The notes under the pieces: generated by a model
The model's database searches: none
Told to the model about the DNA's origin: nothing
Seen by the model: only the letters and a program-made list of their open reading frames with translations
Program-made: the position numbers and the translations under genes
Assembly: GCF_035594765.1 (NCBI RefSeq)
Contig: NC_085841.1
Span: forward strand, 333,693,402-333,757,401
Reading direction: 5' to 3'
Length of the DNA stretch: 64,000 bases
DNA from: Anolis carolinensis
Taxonomy: Eukaryota
Part shown: piece after piece, positions 53,882-64,000 of the stretch
Layout of the letters: each line of letters begins with the position of its first letter
Position numbering within the stretch: position 1 is the stretch's first letter

Positions 53882-54462
53882 TTACTTACTTACTTAAGCG
53901 ATCCCTCATATTCTGAGTATGATGGCCTTCCAAGTATAGTGTCTTGGCAGTGGACACGTAGGTGACTGTTGAGTCCTATTTTTGATCTGCCTATTCTTCC
54001 ACAGTGAGGACATCAGTTTCCAGGTGGAAGGCAGTCCCAGTTAGAGTTGGCTTGATGCACCTTCCTCATGGCATGTTTCTCCCTTTCACCTTCCATTTGT
54101 GCCTCTTCAAATTCCACAGCAGTGCTGGTCACAGCTGTCCTCCAGTTAGAGCGCTCAGGGGCCAGGGCTTCCCAGTTCTCAGTGTCTATGCCACAGTTTT
54201 TAAGGTTAGCTTTAAGCCCATCTTTGAATTTCTTTTCCTGTCCACCAACATTCTGTTTTCCGTTCTTGAGCTGGGAATATCATAACTGCTTTGGGAGATG
54301 TTGATTGGGCATTTGGCCAACGTGGCCCGTCCAGCGGAGTTGATGGCATAGGAGCATCGCTTCAATGCTAGTGGTCTTTGCTTCTTCCAGCATGCTGACA
54401 TTTGTCTGCCTGTCTTACCAAGAGATTTTCAGGATTTTTAGGAAGCAACGCTGATGGAACAT
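53882..54462 (-). mobile_element. RTE-clade LINE 3' fragment (RTE-1_AC-like)
   Basis: The minus strand encodes 'FKDGLKANLKNCGIDTENWEALAPERSNWRTAVTSTAVEFEEA' and 'RWTGHV', with frameshifts, and has a (TAAG)n tail. Confidence 0.85.
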
Positions 54463-54502
54463 TAGCGGTATCACTGTAAAATGAAGTGTTAAGGTGTGCT
54501 TT

Positions 54503-54674
54503 NNNNNNNNNNNNNNNNNNNNNNNNNNNNNNNNNNNNNNNNNNNNNNNNNNNNNNNNNNNNNNNNNNNNNNNNNNNNNNNNNNNNNNNNNNNNNNNNNN
54601 NNNNNNNNNNNNNNNNNNNNNNNNNNNNNNNNNNNNNNNNNNNNNNNNNNNNNNNNNNNNNNNNNNNNNNNNNN
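54503..54674. other. Assembly gap (172 N)
   Basis: Run of N. Confidence 1.
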
Positions 54675-55355
54675 AGGAAAAAGTATTCTTAACACAAATA
54701 TATGGAATAGTTTTTAAGGGTCATGGATAAGGGTAAAGGTATTCTCCACTGCCATCAGACTTTTGTGATTTTTTAAATTCTCTAATCTAATACTTATTCA
54801 CATGACTTTTTGTTATAGTTGTTTTTGGTTATTCTGCAAAAAGAACAGCAGGTTGCAAAGAGTTTTAATTACATTTCATGCATGGTTAGCCTTATTCTTC
54901 AAGGTTCTTTTTTTCAAAGTTTGTTGCTGAAAGCATGTCTAAGGAGCAGTTCTTGTGTAAACCAGATCAACAGCCCATTTAGCCAGTTGGCCAGGGGTTC
55001 TCAAGCAAGGAGCGTTTCCAGCCCTGCTATATACAGATATTTAGTTATCAATTCAAGGACTGGAGCTTCTGTGAGGGAAAATCTGTTTCACCACTGAGCC
55101 AAAGTCCCTTCTCAAAACCTCTGCACAGAGTCAGCTGAAAATCCACCCCTCACAAAACTACACACCACTGAATGGATAGCTCTCTGCAGCGTATTGGGAT
55201 GATATTTTAGCCAGATGTCAAGGACATCACAGTTCTGCTCTAATGGAATTTCATGTTGTGCTCTCTTAATTTTTGCTGAAAAGACATACACACTAAAACA
55301 CTGACATACCAAAAAGTGTCTGGCCCAAGCTGACCTCTCCAGCATCAACATAGCT

Positions 55356-55440
55356 TCCTCCTCCTCCTCCTCCTCCTCCTCCTCCTCCTCCTCCTCCTCC
55401 TCCTCCTCCTCCTCCTCCTCCTCCTCCTCCTCCTCCTCCT
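55356..55440. repeat. (CCT)n microsatellite, about 28 units
   Basis: Directly visible. Confidence 0.98.
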
Positions 55441-56025
55441 GTCACTGGATTTAGAAAAGAACTAGGAAGGAGATATTTCTTCCCCAAATCTATGATGCCA
55501 GCATCGAAGAATACACCATTCTTCTGAGGGACTTTTCCAGAACAAAATTAATGACTAGTTCAAACATCACTAATTGTTTCAAATATAAATGAAGGTTTAG
55601 AGAAGACAGTTTTATTAATCCCCTGCACCACCCACACCACCCCTTTGCCATGATTTTGCAAGATCTGTGCCACTTGTCATATTTGCAGGCAAAGGGCTGC
55701 AAAAGAAAAATATGATTTACAACAACATAGAATAAAGCAAGGGCATTTTTGTTCAGGTAAACTTTAAAAACTCACCTTTTTGGACCACAACTTCACAATA
55801 TCCCAAGATTAATAGGCATGCTGACTGGAGGATTGTGGGAAAGGTTTCTTTCTTTCTTTTCATACCTGTGGTTACTCATTGTCATTGCTTGAATACAGAC
55901 ACTGTGATGGAAGGATTGCTAAAAACCGAAAGCTTATGAACAGAACTGTAAAAATGCATAGGCAGGAGTCCCTGTGAACACCCACAAATGAATAAAACCT
56001 GTCAGCATTATCAAAATGTCTTATA

Positions 56026-56355
56026 GTAAAGGTAAAGGTTTCCACTTGACATTATGTCTAGTCAAGACCGACTCTCCGAGATGAGTGTTCATCTCCATTT
56101 CTAAGCCGAAGAGCCGGCGTTGTCCTTAGACATCTCCTGGGTCATGTGGCCAGCATGACTTCATGGAGTGCCGTTACCTTCCTTCCTGAGCGGTACCTAT
56201 TCATCTACTCACATTTGCATGTTTTCAAACTGAAAGATTGGCAGAAGGTGGGGCTATCAATGGGATCTCACCCTGTCCTGTGGATTCGAACTGCCGACCT
56301 TCTGGTCAACTAGTTCGGCAGCTTAGCAGTTTAACCCTCTGTGCTACCGTGGCCC
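56026..56355 (-). mobile_element. Sauria SINE
   Basis: Reverse-complement homolog of 7510-7834. Begins with the (GTAAAG)n tail; imperfect TSD AAAATGTCTTATA / AAAACGTGTTATA. Confidence 0.9.
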
Positions 56356-57142
56356 TAAAACGTGTTATATCTTTCTGGAAATAAATTTCGTCTTTTTAGT
56401 AGCCCTCAGAATAGACCACCAGCCAGCTTAAGTAAAATGTTATTCCTCTGCCTGCATCTCCAGGCCAGCAAGCAGAGTTTGTCAAAGACAACAATGACAA
56501 CTGCAGTGGATAGACTAGGAAGCCATTTGTGGGAGTGTTCTGCCATTCCTTATCACCCAAGATTTCAACAAGGGCCAATGGATAATGACTGCTGAACTCA
56601 AGCTCTGCTGCAGTTGGACAGAGGAGCTGTTCATGTTAGTCTTAACATGACATAAATATATGGAAATGCTGCCAGAAGAACTTGTTTGTTTTTAGGTCGA
56701 GGCACCGTCAATGCCCTCAGGTAATTGGATCCAGTAAAGAAGAAGTAAAAAACATTGGCTGGCTTGACCTTTGAAGCTAACAAATTGTGTTGCAGTCTCT
56801 CCCAATCGCTCTTATTTATTCATTGCAATGGTTGTTTAAAGCTTGTTTATTTGGAACAACAGCTACAAAGGGAAACATTTATGTACTGATGAGCTTCCTC
56901 CTTGTTAAAGGAGATAGCTTTAAAAGGGCTCAAAGAGCTTTAATTGTAAGCAAATATAAGTCTGCTGGAAAAGTGATGAGTGCTTCTGAGAGAGTGGCCA
57001 TGTAAGCCTGTATTTTTTCACAAGTACAGATGGTAGAACAATTTCCCATGCATCCATGGACTGCTTCCTTTGCTGTCACTCATTTGTGATTTTTTACATC
57101 TGATTAATTCACAGACAGGATATTATTATTATTTTTATTATT

Positions 57143-57434
57143 ATTTTATTATGACACAGCAAACAAGATAGATATGCTGGATTTCGTTTCACAAAATCAC
57201 AAGTCGAACACTTCCCAAGTGTCTAGGACACCTGGGTGACGACCAGTATAGACTTTGTTTTGGTTTGATTCTCCATAATGCTAATGGGTTAGGTGCACTT
57301 GGTTTCACTCCTCAGCTGAGGCCTTTCTGGCTTGGTTGGACCTGCCGGTAGTTATACTACTGCCAGCACAGCCCTCAGTCATCATTGGAGTGGTTAAGCC
57401 CCCCCACCACATCAACGTGGCACCTGCGGGGAGG
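57143..57434 (-). mobile_element. Short internally deleted non-autonomous R4/Dong-like element (structured 5' segment plus 3' UTR)
   Basis: 57151-57229 is nearly identical to the 3' end of the adjacent element (57481-57559). 57230-57434 is a different, structured segment that starts exactly at the (TAA)n. The unit is bounded by (TAA)n on both sides. Confidence 0.75.
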
Positions 57435-57471
<37 letters not shown>

Positions 57472-57473
<2 letters not shown>

Positions 57474-58229
57474 TTATTGTATGACACAGCAAACAAGATA
57501 GATATGCTGGATTTCGTATGCCAAAATCACAAGTCGAACACTTCCCAAGTGTCTAGGACTGTGTGATGTATTTTCGGATGATGCGGGCAGATCCCAGCAG
57601 GGTGGCCTTTTGCAGTTGGCAGATCATAATTTTGTCAATGTCTATTGTTTCCAAATGCCGGCTGAGATCTTTTGGCACGGCACCCAATGTGCCAGTCACC
57701 ACCGGGACCACCTGCACTGGTTTCTGCCAACGTCTTTGAAGTTCAATCTTGAGCTCCTGATAGCGGCTGAGTTTTTCCTGTTGTTTCTTGTCAATGCGAC
57801 TGTCACCTGGGATGGCAACATCAATGATCCAAACCTTTTTCTTTTCCACAACTGTGATGTCTGGTGTGTTGTGTTCCAGAACTTTGTCAGTCTGGATTCG
57901 GAAGTCCCACAGTATCTTTGCGTGCTCATTTTCCAATACTTTTGCAGGTTTGTGATCCCTCCAGTTCTTTACTGCTGGGAGGTGGTACTTGAGGCATAAG
58001 TTCCAATAAATCATTTGGGCCACATAGTTGTGCCTCTGTTTGTAGTCTGTCTGTGTGATTTTCTTACAGCAGCTGAGGATATGATCAATGGTTTCGTCGG
58101 TTTCCTTGCACAGTCTGCATTTTGGGTCATCAGCTGATTTTTCGATCTTGGCCTTAATTGCATTTGTTCTGATGGCTTGCTCCTAGGCTGCCTTCTGTCT
58201 CCTTCTTCAGTGTCCCATTCATGAGCCAT
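57472..58229 (-). mobile_element. R4/Dong-clade non-LTR retrotransposon, 5'-truncated (CCHC knuckle plus restriction-like endonuclease)
   Basis: Encodes 'KCRLCKETDETIDHILSCC...YKQRHN...LWDFRIQTD...NTPDITVV...WIIDVAIP...EKLSRYQEL'. An upstream stop and frameshift inactivate it. Inserted in (TAA)n, the known Dong target. Confidence 0.92.
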
Positions 58230-59156
58230 ATTATTATTATTATTATGAGCCTACATGAATGATCTCAGAAGAGAGTCCCTTATGTCTGATTCCTTGCGTC
58301 AATTTTTGTTTCATATAACCCATGATGGTATAGGACTTTATCTTATGAAACTGGTATTTCATGGCAATTTCACAATCATAGACAGTGGATAGATATCTGG
58401 ATGAGCACCTCTGTTATTTCATCTCTCTCCATTTGTACAATTGCACAAATTCACTTAACGGTGGTCCTATGGTTTAACTTCAGGATATCCTTGTAACCCC
58501 ATCTTCCTGCACTTCAATAATATTTTTTTTAAAAAAAAAAACATTAACAGCAATTTCACAGTTTCAACAATAGTTAACAAAAAACATCAAATCACCAACA
58601 AATATAAATATCAAATTGCTCATAATTGTAAGGAGAAGAAGGGAGGAGCAAAGGAGAATGTCACCAGTGATGTCCCTTAACTGCTGGCATGCTGGTACAG
58701 AAGCAGAAGAGATCCATTGCACCAAGATAGGTGATGGAAACATTCCAGAATTGTGAGTTATTGATGGGTTTTACCCATCAATACAGGGGGACAGGTTAAT
58801 TGCTGAGAGGAGGCAGAGAGGCAGCAGGATGCATATGATGTCATGCGATAGGGACTTTCACCAATGGCAATGGTCCAGCTTCAGTGATAGCTTGGCTGCC
58901 TCCTGCAATAAAGTGCTTAGATTCCTTCACACCCAGATTGACCTCATATAAAAACAGATGTACATAGATGAACAGACCAATGCACAAAAATTCCTGAAAG
59001 CATGTAAGGTGGAAGTCTTATTAAGATTTGTGCATACCCCAAATTGGTAGCTTTTAAATTAAGAACTCAGCAAATTTGGGTTAGAGGTCACATTCTCAAA
59101 AGACACATTTAAGAGGCAGTCATTTTCAGGGCTGAAAGTGTATTATTTCTGTAGAG

Positions 59157-59460
59157 CAGGGTTTCTTAAACTTTTTTTTACCCATGACTCGTTTCCACCC
59201 AAGAAAATTTTATATGATCCCTGGTATATAGGTATATAAAACAGGTTTAAAAACCAAACACCTACTGATAATAAATCAACATTTGCATATCTTGTGAAAC
59301 AGGCTGCCTTTCCTATTTGTGGAGTACAGCTGAAGCATTTTCTGCTTAGACCACTGTAAACACTACATGTTGTTGCTAATTTGTGTAAATGGGTAGTGTT
59401 CAGAAACCCTTTACTGTTGGCAATTTTTGTGACCCCAACATTGAGCTAAGGCCACCCCAA
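59157..59460. mobile_element. hAT-Charlie non-autonomous element (Charlie4-like), right terminus missing
   Basis: Left TIR CAGGGTTTCTTAAAC, internal GGTATATAGGTATATAAAA..TACTGATAATAAATCA, and subterminal GACCCC repeats. Family from recall. Confidence 0.6.
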
Positions 59461-60017
59461 ATGGAGAATGGGCAAGAAGACGAAAGGTAGCTTGGGTGGC
59501 TTTAAATTTAAACCAGACTGTGCCAACAGATGCTAAGCTGCCAATGAAGATCAGAGCAGATATCTTTAACACTACATTTCTACCAGCAATGTTATACGCA
59601 TCTGAAACATGGGCAACAACAAAGTTAGAGGAGGAAAAATTGACAGTGACTTAGAAAGCAATGGAAAGAAGGATCTGAGGTGTAACAATAAGAGATAAAA
59701 TCAGCAACAAAGAGCTGCATCAAAGAATCGGGATACATGACATAGTCAATGAAATCTATGAGGCAAAAAGAAGATGGCCAGGGCATGTAGTGTGAACAAA
59801 AGTCAACCAATGGACATGGTGACTAACAAACTGGAAAACAAGAGACTGCAAGCAGCCCCTGGGCAGATCTCATATTCGATGGAATGAACCAATGGTTAAG
59901 CTATTAAGCCAGAAATGGAAAAGAAAAGCACAGGATCGTATATGTTGGCAAATGGTAGATTTGCATGAGGCCCAAAGGATTGGATTGGTGACATATAGAA
60001 TAGAATAGAACAGAAGA
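59461..60017 (+). mobile_element. RTE-clade LINE 3' fragment of a second, RTE-1-like lineage
   Basis: Translates with stops to 'IFNTTFLPAMLYASETWATTKLEEEKLTVT*KAMERRI...KRRWPGHV...PLGRSHIRW...WKRKAQDR'; (ATAGA)n tail. Confidence 0.85.
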
Positions 60018-60737
60018 GAAATTTTTTGCTAAGACAGCTAGCCAAGGTGGTCATTCTGTGCAGGAAGTCACTCTGAATAAGGAATCTCCTTCCCTTGCTG
60101 ACAGAGGCATGTTAGGTACTCTCCATTACAGAAGTCTGAGATTTAAAAAGCCAGCAATACAGACAGGGGGAAAAAACAAAGATATTTTGAAATTTTGGTA
60201 TTTTGAATGATTATATTAATTAAAAAAATTACAATGCTGGGCCAATGAAGCAAGATTTTGGGAGAGAAATATCAATTCTAGGTAAGGGGCAGCCACAGGA
60301 ATGCACCTTACTTCCTTTCATTGAAGCGATTCAACCTGGGCAAATTTTACAGCTCCTATCGCACATATTTTTGGGTGTTTTTCCCCCCAGTTATATCCCA
60401 GTTTCTGAATCCAGAAGATAATCTCTGACTGCCTCCCCCCCTTCCTTTTTATGACATTTGTCTAAGGAATCCTGATGGACCTGACAGGAAGTTCCCCTGC
60501 ATCATTGAAAGAACTCCATCATAAATTGTACCCTGAATGGATTAGAATTTTTTTAAAGAGGGTGGGCATGGAATAAGGTCCTAAATCCATTGAGATAGGG
60601 GAAGTCCCAGTGGAAGGCTGACACAATGATTCTTCCCATAGCCACCTAGAAGTTTGCTTCAAAATGCCCCGGCATAATTTCATGGAGTATGGATTTGCAG
60701 TGCGAAGGACGATTTAATGCTACCATGAGCAGGAACC

Positions 60738-60740
<3 letters not shown>

Positions 60741-60781
<41 letters not shown>

Positions 60782-61730
60782 ACTTTATTTGTACCCCGCT
60801 AGCATCTCCCGAAGGACTCGATGCGGCTTACAAAGGCCAAGGCCTCAACACACAATATAACAATACAAAACAAAAGGCAAATTAAAAACAATTAAAACAG
60901 TATAAACAACAAGCAATAAACAATACGCTAAAACACAATAAAACTGGGCCGGGCCAGAGTAATGGGTACAAGATTAAAAGTGCTGATGTGACAGGTGATA
61001 TATAAGGCTTCTAGGGCAAGTGCAGAGTGCGATATACGATCTAGTTCTAATAAAGTGCTTATGGGACTTGGAGTTGGAGATTTCCTATTAATCTGGGAAG
61101 GCACATTGGAACAGCCAGGTCTTCAAGTTCTTTCTGAAGTCTGCCAATGTAGGGGCCTGTCTGAGATCCTTGGGGAGGGTGTTCCAGAGTCGTGGGGCCA
61201 CCACAGAGAAGGCCCTGTCTCGTGTCTCCACCAACCGCGCTTGCGACGCAGGTGGGATCACGAGCAGGGCCTCTCCAGATGACCGAAGTGAATGCATGGG
61301 TTCGTAGACGGAGATGCGGTCACGGAGGTAGGATGGTCCCAAACCGTTCAGGGCTTTGTAGGTAAGCACCTGCACCTTAAATTGGGCTCGGAAAGTAAAT
61401 GGCAGCCAGTGGAGCTCCTTGAACAGGAGGGTTGACCTCTCTCTGTAAGGGGCCCCAGTTAACATCCTGGCTGCCGCTCGTTGGACCAGTTGGAACTTCC
61501 GAGCCATTTTCAAGGGCAGCCCCACGTAGAGCGCATTACAGAAGTCCAGTCTGGAGGTGACCAAGGCATGGACCACCCCGGCCAGATCAGCCTTCGCGAG
61601 GTACGGTTGCAGTTGGCGCACGAGTCTCAGTTGTGCGAAGGCCCTCCCAGACATCGCCGACGCCTGAGCCTCGAGCACAAGCGATGAATCCAGGAGGACT
61701 CCCAGACTGCGGACCTGTGTAACCCCGTCC
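60741..61730 (-). mobile_element. Young 5'-truncated L2 LINE with an open ORF2 C-terminus, 3' UTR and (TAA)n tail
   Basis: Uninterrupted ORF ('VRSLGVLLDS...VHALVTSRLDFCNALY...LHWLP...RAFSVVAPRLWNTLP...FRKNLKTWLF'), many CpGs retained, and a possible TSD ACCTTT at 60735-60740 / 61731-61736. Confidence 0.93.
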
Positions 61731-63907
61731 ACCTTTCTGTTCCCTAAAGAAATATCCACTTATGACAGACTGATTTGGGCATGATGTTAATGCAAGAAAA
61801 CTCCCAAACTCTGTCACACATGAGGCTGCAGTAATGGTTTGCTAAAGAAATAGTAGTGACTGCTAGGTCCAATGGCCATAGGGTAGCGAAGGTACTCTGG
61901 GTTTTAAGCGTAAAACTAACAGAGTTAATTAAGATTCCAGGACCTTGTACATTGGGCCCCGCCTACACAACCACTCACAAAAATAGAAATGTAATTTATT
62001 GATAACATAAATTTGTATTTATTGGTCATCATAAACCAGGAGTTTATTTTTCTTCACTTTATTTTCTTACACTTCCTCTAACCCTTCACCACACAAATAG
62101 TATTCTTGAAACACAAACAGCAGAGGTTCTGCTTCTGATAATAGAAATGTACACTGCCAGCAATTGTTGTCTCCAGCCATCAATTGCCTCCTGCACATCC
62201 ATTACAATATTCAGCTTCCATAAAATTGCACGCAATAAAAAGAGTAAAAATTTTCTTATGGATGCAGGCATGCCAACTCTCTGCTACAAGTGGTATTTTT
62301 CTCCTTTGACCAAGTTAGCAGGAGATATGACTGTTGAGGTGGGTGATGGGAAAATTACTGTTAAATGCAGATCTCTGCATAGATTAGCAGAGACATTCCC
62401 ATGCATTGAGACGGCACTGTGATACACGTCTTTCAGAACTTTACAGCAGACAATTTGTTTAATGCATGAAAACAACAAATCTGCTTAGCAAAAGTCAGTT
62501 TCCCAGGGTCCAAAACTCTCTGAGATTATTCTTGTTCTATGTGCAGTAGTGAGGACTCATCCATTAACATATGCCACTACCTATAGAACTAACACCTTAC
62601 ACCGTCCTTGAAATTTAGGGCAAGGCTCATTATTTGCATCTTTCTGGATCCTATTATATTCTATCCCAACCCCATAACTGTATAAATTTGCTTTATGCCT
62701 GAGGCCTTAATACCACTCGGTATTCTTGTGAAAATAAATCTTAAAGATGCTACAATAGGACCTTGGATCACTGCTTTAAAGTTCAGAATAAACCTCTCTA
62801 ATTGTTTTGGAAAGAATGGCACAATTTTCAGACCTGCTCCCCCCCCCAAAAAAAAATCATCCAAAGTATATAAAACTATACAAACTACCCCCATTCTGTC
62901 CCAACAAGCATCCCAGAACCTTGGGTACCACTAAATACCTGTGCAATCCCTCACAAAATGGCATCAGAAGGTGACGACTTTCTGTCACTATTTTGAGGGA
63001 CTACTAAGAAAATTGAAATATTTGGACTTGTGATGAGTGTGGCCCGGAGGAGCCTGGGGGAATTGGTTTGTGGCTCTTATGCACTGGCCCACTTTTGTCA
63101 GAATAAGGCCACACATACTACAGTAAATGTTGAATTCTAGCAAGCAGTGGATGAAAAATGTGGAAGAACAATGTTGGATTGAATATGGCAGTCTGGTCAA
63201 CTTTCAAGGTCAAACAAAAACTTTTCTTCTTAAAGTATAGAATTCTGTTGGTGCATTAAACATATTTAATTGCACAAGTATATGACATGGAAAAGGAAAG
63301 GAAAAGTCTAAAAGTCAGTTGTTGAGAAAGAAGTATCACGTTAGATAAATTGGCTATTGAGAAGTAACAGATTTTGCCTGGCTTCCCTCGCCACTGTTGG
63401 AACCCTGTCATCCCAGAAAAGGTTAACCTGTTAGAGTAGAATGGCAACTAGGTTTTGAAGCTGTTTCTGCTTTGGAGATGAGAATTGCTCATGGTGTGAT
63501 TTAGTAACCTGAAAGAGATTAGAGTGGATGAATGATTCTAATCTGATTTTTGATAATTAGTTTCACACCTAAATATGCATACAGTATTTCATGTTTGGTT
63601 TTATAATATCCATTGCAGAAGTCATAGCTGAGGTATGTGCCACCAAATGCACTGCAATCCATCCTGTTTCCAGACTTGTTTCAGAGGGTGAAAAGCTAAT
63701 GTTGGTTTTCAATTTATGTTTTTTGTTATTTCCAGATAGTATTGGGTGTGTATGTGTGTGTGTGTAATTTGTAATGGAGGTTAAGAAAGTTAGAAAAGAA
63801 AAGATCTAAGTTGGCATGGAAAGATTTCAGGTGGTCCATGAGCTTAAATTGAAAAAAAAATCAACTTAATAGCTTTATTTTCTCTGACCTCTAACTGAAA
63901 TCTAGCA

Positions 63908-64000
63908 TTTATTTATTTTTTATTTATTTACAGTATTTATATTCCACCCTTCTCACCCCAAAGGGGACTCAGGGTGGATCACATTATGTACATATAGGGC
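63908..64000 (-). mobile_element. L2-type/SINE2 3' tail, continuing past the window end
   Basis: ATTTATTTATT...CACCCTTCTCACCCCAAAGGGGACTCAGGGTGGATCACA; similar to 45273-45330. Confidence 0.75.

Noticed and set aside
54486-54730. ORFs spanning X residues
   Set aside because: Caused by the N gap.
55293-55487. Poly-Gly ORF, and similar KERK/SFFL, SIYL, poly-Ile and poly-Ser ORFs elsewhere
   Set aside because: These are translations of microsatellites.
56884-56945. CTGATGA followed by a small hairpin (possible hammerhead); similar CTGATGA hits near 422, 4423 and 46851
   Set aside because: No correctly placed GAAA and no stems I/III.

Overview
This is AT-rich vertebrate genomic DNA. The repeat content (Sauria SINEs, L2, CR1, RTE, R4/Dong, Penelope, and many hAT and Harbinger-type MITEs) points to a squamate, most likely an anole lizard. 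The window lies inside neurexin-3 (NRXN3, + strand) and I can recognise only two exons. One is the alternatively spliced SS4 cassette exon (16098-16184), which is 87 nt/29 codons here versus the 90 nt/30 codons I recall for mammals. The other is the next constitutive exon (30040-30347), encoding the end of LNS6 and the Thr-rich stalk. The rest is intron with transposon relics, microsatellites and one 172-N gap; nearly all ORFs in the supplied track are spurious. The most unusual items are: (1) a tandem R4/Dong cluster in (TAA)n that includes a short internally deleted element whose 5' part has an HDV-ribozyme-like pseudoknot order and a box C/D-type kink-turn; (2) a young GC-rich hAT MITE built almost entirely of palindromes, 2.8 kb upstream of SS4; (3) the shortened SS4 exon with stop-containing decoy acceptors; (4) a decayed Penelope hammerhead ribozyme; (5) a nematode/insect-like RTE fragment fused to a Charlie4-like hAT element. 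Family names come from memory, not database searches. I see no evidence of a novel protein-coding system.
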